A stretch of DNA of 64,000 nt from an uncultured Hormoscilla sp. Lineage in GTDB: Bacteria > Cyanobacteriota > Cyanobacteriia > Cyanobacteriales > Desertifilaceae. Shown here piece by piece: positions 1 through 13,260 of the stretch; the stretch's first letter is position 1, and the number at the start of each line of letters is the position of its first letter. Under the pieces are notes generated by a model. The model had not been told where the DNA came from. It worked only from the letters and a program-made list of their open reading frames with translations, and made no database searches. Position numbers and translations under genes: made by a program. Location: NCBI GenBank assembly GCA_963921275.4, contig OZ001293.3:1792001-1856000 (forward strand), written 5' to 3'.

Positions 1-1239
1 TGCCGCCGCATTCAATGTCGCCTCATTCACTCTAAAATTATGTGCGTTCTTAGAGCGGTCAAAAGAGCGTAGCACCATTGCCGTCGTCAGTAGCACCACC
101 ACCAATGACACCATTGTCATTGTCGGCAATACAAAGCCTCTCGTTGCCTGGCCCCGCCTACCTCTCCTTTTCAGTGGATGGGGTCGAGCCGGGAATCGCT
201 TCCCGACCCTCCCTTGAGGAACCGGACTTGCGATTTTCACCGCATCCGGCTACTGGGTACTAGGCCCTTTTCATAGGTAGACTTAATAGGAATTACTTCC
301 GTTAGCCCTTGCCGCCTGTCTTTTCTTCCTTTCCTGGTTTAGCAAGTGGTTGTTCTGATAACCGTTAGTATCACCATTTTCAAGTCAGTTTTACCAGTTA
401 TCCATACCTTATCCTCCACTTGCGTTTCGGATTAGTTCCGTGGCTTTTTAGGATTACTCATTCCAGCAGCTTCCTAGTATCACCGACCCACGTCAGCGCT
501 GGCTACCCAGCATCATCTACATTACTGTAGATGTTATCCCAGGAATTACCCCGGGCATTCGCTTCTTGGGCCATCCCTCCCCCCGTGGCTTGCGCTTAAC
601 ATCTAACTTGTCCTGATGGACAGCACACGAGAGGTTACTTCGTTCCCTAACAACATTTCGCGATACCTTTAGGTCCACACTATACCCCGGGAGCTATTTG
701 AGTACTATATTAGCCAGAGTCTAAAACTAATACTAGCTACCATTTCCTTTTTAGGCCAGCGCATATAGCCTTATTTCGCTGGTTCCTTATAACGAGGCTT
801 GCACATGTTTGCCTGCTCTAACCTTGGATATCTTTCCTAGCGGCGTCACCGGCTTAGGCTGCCAGTTATCCTACATTTGAGTCCTCGCTTAGCACCACGA
901 TGATGTCGCTTCGTAGCACCGAGGACCGGTGTCACCCCCGTACCTGGGGGGAGGGGAATTTAACCCCTATGCGGTCAGAGTTCCCGGCTAATGAAACCGG
1001 GCTAGCGTTCCGTGTTTGACCACGTTAGGCTAGAACGAATCGCACAGACTCCGCCGCAGGTTACCCGCCAACTTTTTGGTCATTTTTTTAGTCAACCTAC
1101 TCAACCGCCGCCACAGCCGAGACAATATGACTTGGACTTTCCCGATTTTTCCGGAACGGTGCATCTTGCCCATGTACCTAGTAGCTTTCCCGAGCGCGTA
1201 GCGTGCGCGCAGCGCAATCTTCCGCTGGATATATGCCAT
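1..1239 (-). CDS. hpsA: Hormogonium polysaccharide biosynthesis protein HpsA, N-terminal part, split by a group II intron (exon 1 1239-1046, exon 2 175 to beyond base 1)
   Basis: Joining 1046 to 175 gives ...KKLAGNLRRSL-LKRRGRRGQATRGFVLPTMTMVSLVVVLLTTAMVLRSFDRSKNAHNFRVNEATLNAAA. The GFVLPT..VSLVVVLL..RSF.R.KNA...RVNE..LNAA pilin-like N-terminus is what I recognise as HpsA. Runs off the window. Confidence 0.75.
176..1045 (-). mobile_element. ORF-less group IIB intron (870 nt) in hpsA
   Basis: Minus strand starts GTGCGATTCGTTC at 1045. Domain V is GTAGCCGGATGCGGTGAAAATCGCAAGTCCGGTTC; the domain VI hairpin ends CTCGACCCCATCC. EBS1 AGACTC (722-717) is fully complementary to the exon end GAGTCT. 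No RT ORF. Confidence 0.93.
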
Positions 1240-1491
1240 AATTCCTTATCCTTGCCACTGCCGCAATTATGATTCCCTAAGAAAAGACATAAGCCGCTTG
1301 TCGGTAGATTTTTCCCATCTTTCTACCGGCCAATGTACCACTCCCCTGCTGTATCAACAAGGTTCTGTCTCTTCTATTTTACCCTGGGAGGGCGGAAAAC
1401 CGATTGTCAGCCCATCGATTTTCCCGATTTTTCCGGAACGGTGTTCGCACCACGCAGGTCTCTTTCCACGAGGCAAGCCCTGCCCGAGAGC

Positions 1492-1728
1492 TTAATATTG
1501 ATTCAGATTAATTCCTGCTTCGGAAGCCATCGCCTGCAAGCCTTTGCGTTCCAAGGTTTTAATTGTCTTAGTAGAAAGCCGCAGCCTCACCCAGCGATTT
1601 CCTTCGGGCCACCAAACCCGCTTCCATTGCAAATTAGGCTGCTGTCGCTTTTTTGTGCGCTGGTGAGAGTGGGAAATAGCATAGGCATTATTTGCCTTCT
1701 TACCCGTCAGCTGACATCTGCGCGACAT
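1492..1728 (-). CDS. rpmB: 50S ribosomal protein L28
   Basis: [43 protein letters not shown] at 1728 preceded by GGAGG. Confidence 0.97.
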   Translation of the reverse strand: MSRRCQLTGKKANNAYAISHSHQRTKKRQQPNLQWKRVWWPEGNRWVRLRLSTKTIKTLERKGLQAMASEAGINLNQY

Positions 1729-1847
1729 AAAACACCTCCAGTAGGCTGATACCACCTGTAATAATTTTACTAACCTCCATTATAGACCAATTTTTTTCAT
1801 GGGTCTGTTCTGCTGATAACCGATTTTTCCGGAACGGTTCGCTGATA

Positions 1848-1939
1848 CTAGAGCATCGGTCAAGTAGAAGCTAGAAACCGGGTTTCTGCTGTAGTTATCA
1901 ATGACTGCGAGAAACCCGGTTTCTTGACCGACGTTCTAG
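1848..1939. repeat. Palindromic MITE/REP-like element (TCGGTCAAG...CTTGACCGA with internal AGAAACCGGGTTTCT / AGAAACCCGGTTTCT)
   Basis: Nested inverted repeats just downstream of the htpG stop. Related copy at 37647-37749; core motif also at 22921-22953. Confidence 0.7.
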
Positions 1940-1943
1940 GAGC

Positions 1944-3941
1944 TTATTTAGTCGCTTGCTCTGTCAAGCGCGTCAGCACTTGATTCGATCGTTCCACGAA
2001 AGCCTTCATCCCATCAGCGTCGAAGCCTTTTTGGGCCATCAGGGCCAGGTCATAGACATGATGGCAAATTAAATTAGCCAGTTCCGCAGAGGGAGATGTG
2101 CCTTCGCCGCCAATGATGCTACCTTGAGATAGAGTGGCCAAATTCTGGATCAGGGGATGAGCTGTATTTACCAGTAAGGTATGGTCTTCGGGGAATTTAG
2201 CAGTTTGTTGCTGCATCAAGGCATTCATCTCCTGCATCCGCCGCAGAAACTCGGGCAAGAGTACCATTGCTGGGGGAGAATCTTGGGGGTTGTCCGATTT
2301 CAGCGCTTCGGTGCGGATGGTGAGTTTCGACTTATTCAGGGCTTTTTTGAACAGTTCTTGGATCTGTTCGCTGCGGGTTTGATTGGTTTTCGGATCGACT
2401 ATTTCCGAAGCCTTCTCTTTGTCCAGCAGGTTTTCGTCGATCTCGGCGTCTACCCGGGAGAACTTCACGTCTGTGTGTTCCCGTTCTAGGAAGCTGATAA
2501 AGTGGGAGTCGATGAAGGAGTCCATATACAGGACTTCCAAGCCCTGATTCTTATGCAGTTGGATGTAGGTCGTCTGGGTAATTTCGTCGGTGCAGTAGAA
2601 GACGCGGTTCTCGTGATGTTCTTTGTTGCGCTCCAGGTATTCCTTCAGGGTAGTGTAAGTATTACCCTTGTCATCGGTGTTGGCCGGACCGACTTCTTGC
2701 CAAGCATCTCCCTCTTCTGCTTGCACTTGCACTTCAGTTGGTGGCTGTTGCACCGTTCCGGAAAAATCGGCTTTGCCATCCCAGGTGGTACGATAGATGA
2801 CGATCTCTTCCACTTGCTGTTTGAACTTCTCGTCGTTCAGGCAGCCAAACTTGACAAAGGTACCCAAGTCCTTCCAGCTTTTGATGTATTCAGCACGCTT
2901 GTCCCGGTATTGCTCTTTCAGGCGATCGCCCACTTTTTTAGCAATGAAGTCAGAGATGCGGCGGACGGTGCGGTCCATCTGCAAGGCGCTGCGGGAGACA
3001 TTCAGGGGGATATCCGGGCTATCGATCGCTCCGCGCATGGGTAGCAGGAATTTAGGAATCACCTCCTCGCAATGTTCCGTGACGAACACCTGATTGCAGA
3101 ATAGCTTAATCTGTCCCTTGGTGACATCCACATCTGGTCGCAGCTTAGGAAAATAAAGAATCCCATTCAGCAGGAAAGGATAGTCTGTATTCAGATGGAT
3201 CCACAGCAGGGGTTCTTCGGTGAAGGGGTACAGATAGCGGTAAAATTCCAGATATTCTTCATCTTTCAGGTCCCTGGGGGACGTCCGCCACAGGGCCTGT
3301 TGCTTGTTAACCTGCTCGCCATCCATCATAATCTGCACGGGCATAAAATCGCAGTAGGTCTTAACTAACTGCTTGATGCGTGCCAGTTCCAGATATTCTT
3401 TTTCTTCCTCGGGAAGAGTGAGGGTAACGGTGGTGCCGCGAGTGGTGCGGGATGACTCTTCTAGCTTAAACTCTGGCGAACCATCACAGCTCCAGTGGAC
3501 CGCCTGGGCCCCTTCTTGGTAAGATAGGGTATCAATTTCCACCTGTTTGGCTACCATGAAAGAGGAGTAAAAGCCCAGTCCAAAGTGACCGATAATGGCA
3601 TCATCGGCATTGCCCTGGTATTTCTCGATGAACTCTTCAGCGCTAGAGAAGGCAACTTGGTTGATGTATTTTTTCACCTCCTCTGCTGTCATGCCAATGC
3701 CATTATCGGAGATGGAGAGGGTCTTGTTGTCCTTATCAATGCTAATCTGGATTTCGGGAGTCCCAATATCGCCAGTGAAGTCATCGCTATGGGAGACCAT
3801 TTTCAGCTTGGCGATCGCATCTACTCCGTTGGAAATCAGTTCTCTGAGGAATATTTCATGATCCGAGTAAAGAGACTTCTTGATGATCGGGAATATATTC
3901 TCGGTGTGAATGCTGATTGTGCCTTGTTCTAGTACCGTCAT
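1944..3941 (-). CDS. htpG: Molecular chaperone HtpG (Hsp90)
   Basis: 665 aa; LYSDHEIFLRELISNGVDA, DNGIGM and IGHFGLGFYSSFMVA motifs. Confidence 0.97.
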   Translation of the reverse strand: MTVLEQGTISIHTENIFPIIKKSLYSDHEIFLRELISNGVDAIAKLKMVSHSDDFTGDIGTPEIQISIDKDNKTLSISDNGIGMTAEEVKKYINQVAFSSAEEFIEKYQGNADDAIIGHFGLGFYSSFMVAKQVEIDTLSYQEGAQAVHWSCDGSPEFKLEESSRTTRGTTVTLTLPEEEKEYLELARIKQLVKTYCDFMPVQIMMDGEQVNKQQALWRTSPRDLKDEEYLEFYRYLYPFTEEPLLWIHLNTDYPFLLNGILYFPKLRPDVDVTKGQIKLFCNQVFVTEHCEEVIPKFLLPMRGAIDSPDIPLNVSRSALQMDRTVRRISDFIAKKVGDRLKEQYRDKRAEYIKSWKDLGTFVKFGCLNDEKFKQQVEEIVIYRTTWDGKADFSGTVQQPPTEVQVQAEEGDAWQEVGPANTDDKGNTYTTLKEYLERNKEHHENRVFYCTDEITQTTYIQLHKNQGLEVLYMDSFIDSHFISFLEREHTDVKFSRVDAEIDENLLDKEKASEIVDPKTNQTRSEQIQELFKKALNKSKLTIRTEALKSDNPQDSPPAMVLLPEFLRRMQEMNALMQQQTAKFPEDHTLLVNTAHPLIQNLATLSQGSIIGGEGTSPSAELANLICHHVYDLALMAQKGFDADGMKAFVERSNQVLTRLTEQATK

Positions 3942-4186
3942 AGGTCTGTGTTATTTTTTTGGAGCTTCAAAGAGCGATTGTGAAATATGGACTGCCTTTT
4001 GGCATCAGGGATTGCCGTCTGAGCTGTATTCGGCTTTCCCCACTTCTCTGTATCTGTTATCTGCGAGTGGTCCCCTGATGCTACCTTCTTTGATTTCGTT
4101 AGATAATGGCTCCATGCTATTATATCAGGTTAGGTGGCTTGTGTTGTGGGAGTGGGTCGTGTCCAGAGACACCACCCATTGCATCT

Positions 4187-6865
4187 TCATTCTTTTGATG
4201 CAATGGGGTGGTGCTCTCGGACAACACGACGGTGCGCCTCGTGTCGAGATTCTAAAACCTTGACTGGCTGTTTTTTACTGAAGCTCAAAGAGTTATCTAC
4301 AGAATCTATGATAATCCGATCGCCCTCGACAAAGGTATTTTCCAGTATCAAGGCGGCGATCGCATTTTCCAGTTCCCGCTGAATTGCCCGTTTCAGGGGG
4401 CGGGCCCCATATACTGGATCGTAACCCGCCTCTACCAAATGGTCAATAGCAGCATCGGTCAGTTCCAGAGTTATTTTTTGTTCTGCTAGCAGCCTTTCCA
4501 GCCGCCTGATTTGTATGCCCACGATTTGCCGTAACTCAGCTTTATCCAGGGCATGGAAGAGAATTATATCATCAACGCGGTTGAGAAACTCTGGGCGGAA
4601 CTGCTTGCGCAGGGCCTGTAACACCCGTTTGCGCATCTCCTCGTATTGGGTGTCGTCCCCCGCCACATCCAGTATGTGGTCGCTGCCGATATTACTGGTC
4701 ATGACTATCACTGTATTCCGGAAATCTACCGTGCGTCCTTGGGAATCGGTAATCCGTCCGTCATCCAACACTTGCAGCAAGATATTGAACACATCTGGGT
4801 GGGCTTTTTCCACCTCATCCAGCAGCACTACGGCATAGGGTCGCCTGCGCACCGTCTCGCTTAGCTGTCCTCCCTCTTCATAACCTACATATCCTGGAGG
4901 CGCACCCACCAGCCGCGCCACGGAATGCTTCTCCATATACTCGGACATGTCGATCCGTACTATAGCATCATCGCTATCAAACAAGCATTCTGCTAAGGTC
5001 TGGGCCAGTTCCGTTTTCCCTACTCCCGTCGGTCCCATAAACAAAAATGAACCGATCGGGCGTTGGGGGTCTTTCATCCCAGCCCGGGCCCGACGAATTG
5101 CTGCTGATACCGCTGCTACTGCTTCATTTTGCCCTACCACCCGCTTGTGCAGATAGGTTTCCAACTGCAACAACTTTTGCCGTTCTGATTCTAGCAGCCT
5201 GTTGACCGGTATCCCCGTCCATTTCGCCACCAATTCTGCCACATCTGCTTCCGTCACCTGTTCCCGCAGTAGGGCCGAACCGCCGGACTGCATGTCCAAT
5301 AATTGGGCTTCCTTCGCCTCCCGATCGCCCTCTATCTTTTGCAGGCGTCCGTACTTCAACTGGGCCGCCTTATTCAGATCGTAGGCCCGTTCTGCCTGTT
5401 CTATTTGCACCCGCAGCTTATCTTCCTCTTCCTTGAGGGTCTTGATCGCCTCCAACAGTTGCTTCTCTCCTTGCCACTGGTCGTTCAACTGTTGCTGGCG
5501 GGACTGCAAACTGCTAATTTCTTGCTCGATCCGGCGCGATCGTTCCTGGGCCTCCCGCTGCACTTCTGCTTCCAGGGACAACTTTTCCATTTCCAACTGC
5601 ATGATCCGGCGATCGATGGTTTCCAGTTCCTCTGGTTTGGAAGTGATCTCCATCTTCAGCTTCGCCGCTGCTTCATCTACCAGGTCGATCGCCTTATCGG
5701 GCAAAAATCTGTCTGTGATGTAACGACTGGACAGCATCGCTGCCGCTACCAGGGCTGAGTCAGTAATTTTCACCCCGTGATGGACTTCATAGCGTTCCTT
5801 CAGTCCCCGCAAGATAGAAATAGTATCCTCTACCCCGGGCTGATTGACAAACACCTGTTGAAACCGGCGTTCCAGGGCCGCATCTTTTTCGATATATTTG
5901 CGGTACTCGTCCAGGGTTGTGGCCCCGATGCAGCGCAGTTCCCCCCGTGCCAGCATCGGTTTCAGCAGGTTACTGGCGTCCATGGCACTGGACTGTCCCG
6001 CACCGGTTCCTACCACCGTATGCAGTTCGTCGATAAACAGCACGATCTGACCGTCCGAGTGGGTGACTTCCCGCAATACTGCTTTCAGCCTGTCTTCAAA
6101 CTCTCCCCGGTATTTAGCACCAGCAATTAGAGACCCCATATCTAGGCCAATTAACTGGCGGTTTTTCAGAGATTCCGGTACTTCGTTATTAATTATCCGC
6201 TGGGCCAGGGCTTCCGCGATCGCCGTTTTGCCCACCCCCGGTTCTCCGATCAGGACCGGGTTATTTTTCGATCGGCGGGACAATACCTGAATCAGGCGGC
6301 GAATTTCTTCATCTCGGCCAATCACCGGATCCAGCTTACCGGTGCGAGCCTGTTCTGTCAAGTCCCGTCCGTACTTTTCCAGGGCGGCATAGCGATTTTC
6401 TGGACTTTGGTCCGTTACCTTCTGACTGCCCCGCAGGTCCTTGATCGCCCCTTCCAACTGGGTGCGGGTACACTGAAAACCTCTGATTAACCGGCGACCT
6501 ACGCGCTCATCTTCAGCAAAGGCTAGCAGCAGGTGTTCGACCGAAATATACTCGTCTTGCCATGACATCCGCGCCTTTTCTGCCTGGTCCAGCATCACGT
6601 CCAAGCCCCGTCCCAGGTATAATTGCTCTACATCTGGGGATTTTTTTTGCCGGGAGTCAAACAGTTCTAGCTGTTGAAATAGCTTCACTGGGTCTACGCC
6701 AGCTTTGGACAGGATCGTCTTGGCAATGCCGTCCTGTTCTAACATGGCGATCGCCACATGTTCCACCTCCAACTGCTGATGTTTTCCGCGACGGGCCACA
6801 TCCTGGGAGTTGACGATCGCTTCCCAAGCTTTATCTGTAAATTTACTGGAGTCTGTCGGCTGCAT
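4187..6865 (-). CDS. clpB: ATP-dependent chaperone ClpB (cyanobacterial ClpB2-type, MQPTD start)
   Basis: 892 aa; two Walker A motifs ([16 protein letters not shown]) and a long coiled-coil middle domain. Confidence 0.96.
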   Translation of the reverse strand: MQPTDSSKFTDKAWEAIVNSQDVARRGKHQQLEVEHVAIAMLEQDGIAKTILSKAGVDPVKLFQQLELFDSRQKKSPDVEQLYLGRGLDVMLDQAEKARMSWQDEYISVEHLLLAFAEDERVGRRLIRGFQCTRTQLEGAIKDLRGSQKVTDQSPENRYAALEKYGRDLTEQARTGKLDPVIGRDEEIRRLIQVLSRRSKNNPVLIGEPGVGKTAIAEALAQRIINNEVPESLKNRQLIGLDMGSLIAGAKYRGEFEDRLKAVLREVTHSDGQIVLFIDELHTVVGTGAGQSSAMDASNLLKPMLARGELRCIGATTLDEYRKYIEKDAALERRFQQVFVNQPGVEDTISILRGLKERYEVHHGVKITDSALVAAAMLSSRYITDRFLPDKAIDLVDEAAAKLKMEITSKPEELETIDRRIMQLEMEKLSLEAEVQREAQERSRRIEQEISSLQSRQQQLNDQWQGEKQLLEAIKTLKEEEDKLRVQIEQAERAYDLNKAAQLKYGRLQKIEGDREAKEAQLLDMQSGGSALLREQVTEADVAELVAKWTGIPVNRLLESERQKLLQLETYLHKRVVGQNEAVAAVSAAIRRARAGMKDPQRPIGSFLFMGPTGVGKTELAQTLAECLFDSDDAIVRIDMSEYMEKHSVARLVGAPPGYVGYEEGGQLSETVRRRPYAVVLLDEVEKAHPDVFNILLQVLDDGRITDSQGRTVDFRNTVIVMTSNIGSDHILDVAGDDTQYEEMRKRVLQALRKQFRPEFLNRVDDIILFHALDKAELRQIVGIQIRRLERLLAEQKITLELTDAAIDHLVEAGYDPVYGARPLKRAIQRELENAIAALILENTFVEGDRIIIDSVDNSLSFSKKQPVKVLESRHEAHRRVVREHHPIASKE

Positions 6866-6922
6866 GGCTGGAACTGTGATGCTATTAGCTATATCTTATG
6901 CTTCCCAGGGAAGGGGGGTACT

Positions 6923-7354
6923 TCAGCTAGAAGCCATTGCTGGAGTTGCTTGCTGCTGAGATGAACCTTGAGTACCCAACTGAATGAGTTCGATCTTATA
7001 TCCATTCGGGTCTTGGACGAAAGCAATCACCGTCGAACCATGCTTCATGGGACCCGGTTCCCGTACCACCTTACCACCACGAGCTTTAATCGTCTCGCAA
7101 GTGCCATAAATATCATCCACGCCAATGGCGATATGACCGTAACCATCCCCCAGGTCATACTTATCAGTATCCCAGTTATAGGTTAGCTCCAGCACCGTAT
7201 GGTCGGACTCGTCGCCATAACCAAGAAAGGCCAGAGTAAACTTGCCACCGGGATAGTCCTTCTGGCGTAGCAGCTTCATCCCCAGCACCTCGCAGTAGAA
7301 CTTGAGAGACTCTTCCAAGTTGCCCACCCGCAGCATCGTATGTAATAGTCGCAT
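6923..7354 (-). CDS. gloA: Lactoylglutathione lyase (glyoxalase I)
   Basis: [20 protein letters not shown]...LELTYNW...[11 protein letters not shown]...[10 protein letters not shown]. True start is 7354; the longer track ORF is antisense to eno. Confidence 0.96.
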   Translation of the reverse strand: MRLLHTMLRVGNLEESLKFYCEVLGMKLLRQKDYPGGKFTLAFLGYGDESDHTVLELTYNWDTDKYDLGDGYGHIAIGVDDIYGTCETIKARGGKVVREPGPMKHGSTVIAFVQDPNGYKIELIQLGTQGSSQQQATPAMASS

Positions 7355-7445
7355 GCTCAATCCCAAATAAATTCCAAACATCAGCCAAGAGTTGTCCTGA
7401 TGACGTATTCTAACAAGCGACGGTCGGTCTGATGAGATAAGATAA

Positions 7446-9634
<2,189 letters not shown>

Positions 9635-9719
9635 TAATTGTAGGGTGGGCATTGCCCACCTTCTGCGACCAGTAGTTGGCATTAACTTGAATTCACAGTA
9701 CAATAGTATTGTATTGATT

Positions 9720-10363
9720 ATGAGCAACTTCCCCGATCCCAATTTAATTAGCGCCATGTCACTGGACTTGCACCTGATAAAGGCGACTTAACGAAAGCTG
9801 GACGGGCTTTTGAGAAACACGCACAACGCGCTTCTCAAATTTGGGGCAGTTTGCAGGGAGATGTTCAGATGAAAAATCAAACAGGTCAGGGTATTCTTGA
9901 GGAAATTATTAACTCACCAGATACTGAGTGGTCTCAGAGGCATCACGCTATGTTGAAGAAAAAAATCATTGAAGGCAAGCTGCCAGATGGACGAGGGGCT
10001 AGATGGTCAGCAAACGGGAATAAATTTATCGGTTTTCTCTCACCAGAAATTTATAGGAGTAATAGGAAAATGCTGAGTGATATCCAATTAGCTGTGAATG
10101 ATAAAGCAGCTAGTAAACATAAGGAAACTAGATTAGAGTTTGTGGTAACAAATGACCCAGAACTAGATTTCGATCTTGTTCAAGAAGTATGGCTTGCCGA
10201 TCGGCTAATTGCTGTTCTTCGGCAAGTGGAGGGAGATTGGCAAGTCACGTTTATTCCCGATGGTGATTTTTGTCAACTTTATTGGCAAGATTTGATGGAA
10301 ATAAGACAAGCTTTCTCAATATTTATCAGCGAAAGTAAGCAGGCGGGGGTTTTTACCCCATAA
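9720..10363 (+). pseudogene. Polymorphic-toxin-like RNase domain (Ntox28-like; frameshift near 9750) fused in frame to a putative immunity protein starting at ATG 10070
   Basis: Frame reads PDKGDLTKAGRAFEKH...GQGILEEIIN...LPDGRGARWSANGNKFIGFL, then continues without a stop into MLSDIQ...NDPELDFDLVQEVWLADRLIAVL. AGGAG lies upstream of ATG 10070. Confidence 0.5.
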
Positions 10364-10433
10364 TTTCATCATTGAGATGAGGAGTTAGAAGTTCATTTGC
10401 ACCCAGACAAGGCACTATTGCAAAAGTTTCCCC

Positions 10434-10523
10434 CTATTGTCTCTTGGTCAGTCCTACTATAAATGTCAATATCCGTTTGCTCGCATTATAAATATCGACT
10501 AATGATGCATTATTCCTGTTCAT
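10434..10523 (-). pseudogene. Truncated HepT/DUF86 (HEPN) toxin remnant
   Basis: MNRNNASLVDIYNASKRILTF... stops after 29 codons and overlaps the MNT stop codon, as in MNT-HEPN pairs. Confidence 0.6.
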
Positions 10524-10848
10524 ATATAGTTTGAGCTGTTAATAATATTTCCCGCCGTCGGATCCAATTTTCACTAGCTTCGATAGAATCTTTAAGTGCA
10601 ATATCAATAGGGCGATTTAGCAGTGATTCTAGTTCGTGCTTGATTTTAGCAAAGGTTAATAAACCCTGCCGCACATTGGGGGCGAAGGTAATCAAGAAAT
10701 CAATATCACTATCTATCCGAAAATCAGATCGTAAAACTGACCCAAACAATGCCATATAAGTAATTCCCCACCGCTGGCAAAAAGTGGAAAAATAATTGAT
10801 GTCTATTCCCAGACGTTCTGGGATTTCGGGGTCTACCTTGGTCAACAT
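10510..10848 (-). CDS. Minimal nucleotidyltransferase (MntA-type antitoxin)
   Basis: FCQRWGITYMALFGSVLRSDFRIDSDIDFLITF contains the GS..R.D...SDID motif. Confidence 0.88.
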   Translation of the reverse strand: MLTKVDPEIPERLGIDINYFSTFCQRWGITYMALFGSVLRSDFRIDSDIDFLITFAPNVRQGLLTFAKIKHELESLLNRPIDIALKDSIEASENWIRRREILLTAQTIYEQE

Positions 10849-10956
10849 GGTGAATTGGAAATAATTTTTGCACCGGTGGGCGGTGCCCACCCTACCGATG
10901 ATAACATTCCCTTAGATGTACCGGTGGGAGGTGCCCACCCGACACAAGTTAGAAGA

Positions 10957-11958
10957 TTAGAACTGCTGCAGGAAACGCAAGTCGCTGCTGTAAAAGCGGC
11001 GAATATCATCGATCTGATGCAGGATCATGGCGAAACGTTCGATGCCAAAGCCAGCAGCAAAGCCGGTGTAAACTTCCGGGTCGTATCCGACAGCTTTCAA
11101 GACATTGGGGTCAACCATGCCACAGCCCAGCACCTCCAACCAACGACCTTTCCATTCTACGTCTACTTCGGCACTGGGTTCGGTGAAGGGAAAGTAACTG
11201 GCACGGAAACGAATCTTGACTTCGCCAAACATCTGGTGAATAAATTCTGCGATCGTCCCTTTCAGGTCAGTAAAAGTCAGCCCTTCATCCACGGCCAACA
11301 GTTCCATTTGATGGAAGACCGCCGCATGGGTAGCGTCTACGGTATCTCGACGGTAGCAGCGACCGGGGGCCACGATCCGCACCGGTGGTTCGTTATCTTC
11401 CATGTAGCGAATTTGCACCGAGGAGGTATGGGTGCGCAGGAGATTCCCATCCGGTAGATAGAAGGTATCCTGCATGTCCCGGGCTGGGTGGTCCGGTGGG
11501 GTATTCAGGGCTTCAAAATTGTAGTAGTCCGTTTCCATTTCTGGTCCCACGGCGACGGTGTAACCCAACCCCACGAAGATATCGATCACTTGGTTGAAGG
11601 TGCTGTTGAGGGGGTGAATTCGACCTTGCCGGTGATATACTCCTGGCATAGTTACATCCAGAGTTTCCGCTTCCAACTGGGCTTGGATCTGTGCTTGTTG
11701 CAGGGCTTCCCGCTTACTGTCCAGTTGGCTTTGCAGGGCGGTTTTGACCTCGTTGGCCGCAGCACCAAGGCGGGGGCGATCGGCTGGGTCAAGTTTGCCC
11801 ATGCCACCCAGGATTTTCGATATCTGACCCTTTTTGCCCAGATAGCTGACTCTCAGTTCTTCTAGGCCCTCTAGGCTGTCAACAGAGGCGATCGCATCCG
11901 TTGCTGCTTGTCGGAGGCTTGCCAATTTTGTCTCAATCTCGCTCAGCTCAGTAGTCAT
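10957..11958 (-). CDS. pheS: Phenylalanine--tRNA ligase alpha subunit
   Basis: [50 protein letters not shown]. Confidence 0.98.
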   Translation of the reverse strand: MTTELSEIETKLASLRQAATDAIASVDSLEGLEELRVSYLGKKGQISKILGGMGKLDPADRPRLGAAANEVKTALQSQLDSKREALQQAQIQAQLEAETLDVTMPGVYHRQGRIHPLNSTFNQVIDIFVGLGYTVAVGPEMETDYYNFEALNTPPDHPARDMQDTFYLPDGNLLRTHTSSVQIRYMEDNEPPVRIVAPGRCYRRDTVDATHAAVFHQMELLAVDEGLTFTDLKGTIAEFIHQMFGEVKIRFRASYFPFTEPSAEVDVEWKGRWLEVLGCGMVDPNVLKAVGYDPEVYTGFAAGFGIERFAMILHQIDDIRRFYSSDLRFLQQF

Positions 11959-12093
11959 GCTGGGGGTGGAATAAGCTACGTTATGATTTATGCTGAGTTT
12001 AGCGCGATTTGCTCACCTTAGGGCCGATCGCCTATCCGATAGAATGAGAATGGTTGCCCAGCCCAATAGCTTTCCCATCGCTATAATCTGACC

Positions 12094-12498
12094 ATGACTA
12101 TAATTTCATCGCCAGAAATTGCCCGATATCGGTCTGCCTTGGCAGAATATCCCGAAGCCCTGGTAGCACTTGACGCGATCGAGGACTGTGAAGGACACTT
12201 AGAAGACGCAGTTATCTCCCTGGGAATTCAAGCCGAACTTCAACCAGACAGACTTGATTGGTTAGACGGGTTAGCCAAGAGATATCGCGTTACAATTTGT
12301 CAAGAGGAGGTGAAAGCAGATTTGTTAAATGGGAGGTTAGCCCAGGCAGTAGGACATTTAATCGAGACAGAAGTTTGTCCAGTCCTTTTGGCGACTCCTG
12401 TCCTGATCTATGTAGTGCAAACAGTTGACTTTTGTGCGCCTTTAGATTTGAAGCTATCAAGATTTAGCCCCACTCTCTGGAGCGGCAATCGTCGCTGA
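12094..12498 (+). CDS. Conserved cyanobacterial hypothetical protein
   Basis: 134-aa ORF with ALDAIEDCEGHLEDA; the C-terminus may be frameshifted because it overlaps the convergent ORF. Confidence 0.6.
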   Translation: MTIISSPEIARYRSALAEYPEALVALDAIEDCEGHLEDAVISLGIQAELQPDRLDWLDGLAKRYRVTICQEEVKADLLNGRLAQAVGHLIETEVCPVLLATPVLIYVVQTVDFCAPLDLKLSRFSPTLWSGNRR

Positions 12499-12711
12499 TG
12501 GTGTTAACATTTTTTTATGTGGCATATTCAGCTGACCCATTGCCCTTGACAACCTGTAACGGTATAGAGGTTGTTTGCGAATATCTGCCTCTAATTCAGC
12601 AATTATGTAGTCAGCCACTACAATTAGAGCATCCCAGCGTTGGTTTATTTCGTCCATTTTGGCTGCTCTTTGCTTAACTTTTTCTAAGCTAGGTGGTGGT
12701 TGATGAGTCAT
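12457..12711 (-). CDS. Hypothetical protein
   Basis: MTHQPPPSLEKVKQRAAKMDE...; the ATG overlaps the upstream ORF stop (ATGA coupling). Confidence 0.5.
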   Translation of the reverse strand: MTHQPPPSLEKVKQRAAKMDEINQRWDALIVVADYIIAELEADIRKQPLYRYRLSRAMGQLNMPHKKMLTPSATIAAPESGAKS

Positions 12712-13067
12712 GATAGAGTCCAATCTCTTTTAGCTTCTTCGATAGTAGCAACTGAAGCAGGAACAACAGCTTGTGCTTCTACTATAGATTGTTCTAGTAA
12801 TTCTAGCATGGCAGGTGAAGCACTGGGATAGGATTCGGCAATCCGTAGTAGGAGTCTCGAAAAACGAGAGTAATAAGTTTGGGCCCGATCTCTAGTATTC
12901 TGGAGGAGATCGAAGTCAGTAATTGCCTCAGGGGTCTCACCATACTGTTCGAGTATAGTATATCCAGTCGAATTGGCTTCATTGATAATTGCCAGCAGCA
13001 GCGGCTGCAAGCTTCAAAAACCTGTGGTGATTTCTACCGTTCCGGAAAAATCGGGTAGCTGGGCTAT
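12708..13067 (-). pseudogene. Hypothetical protein with a damaged 5' end
   Basis: Open from 13010 (QPLLLAIINEA...YGETPEA...). The upstream part has ATA in place of a start codon, a 19-bp dispersed repeat and an in-frame stop. Confidence 0.45.
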
Positions 13068-13260
13068 TTAAGCTGATTTGTCGGAAATGAACATATAAGA
13101 GCTTATAACTGTAGCTGGGAGCGATCGCTCATCAAGTCGATATCGCCAGTTATGGTAGAGCCTGGAAGGCCGGGCAGGGATATTCTAGAACAGGCACGCT
13201 GCCAGTCCGAAGCTACGGACAACTAACCACTGACAATGGATAACTGACAACGGACAGTAG

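Noticed and set aside
2181..6813. Numerous plus-strand ORFs over htpG and clpB (similar ones over pheS, leuS, aroC)
   Set aside because: Antisense or off-frame shadows of well-supported genes.
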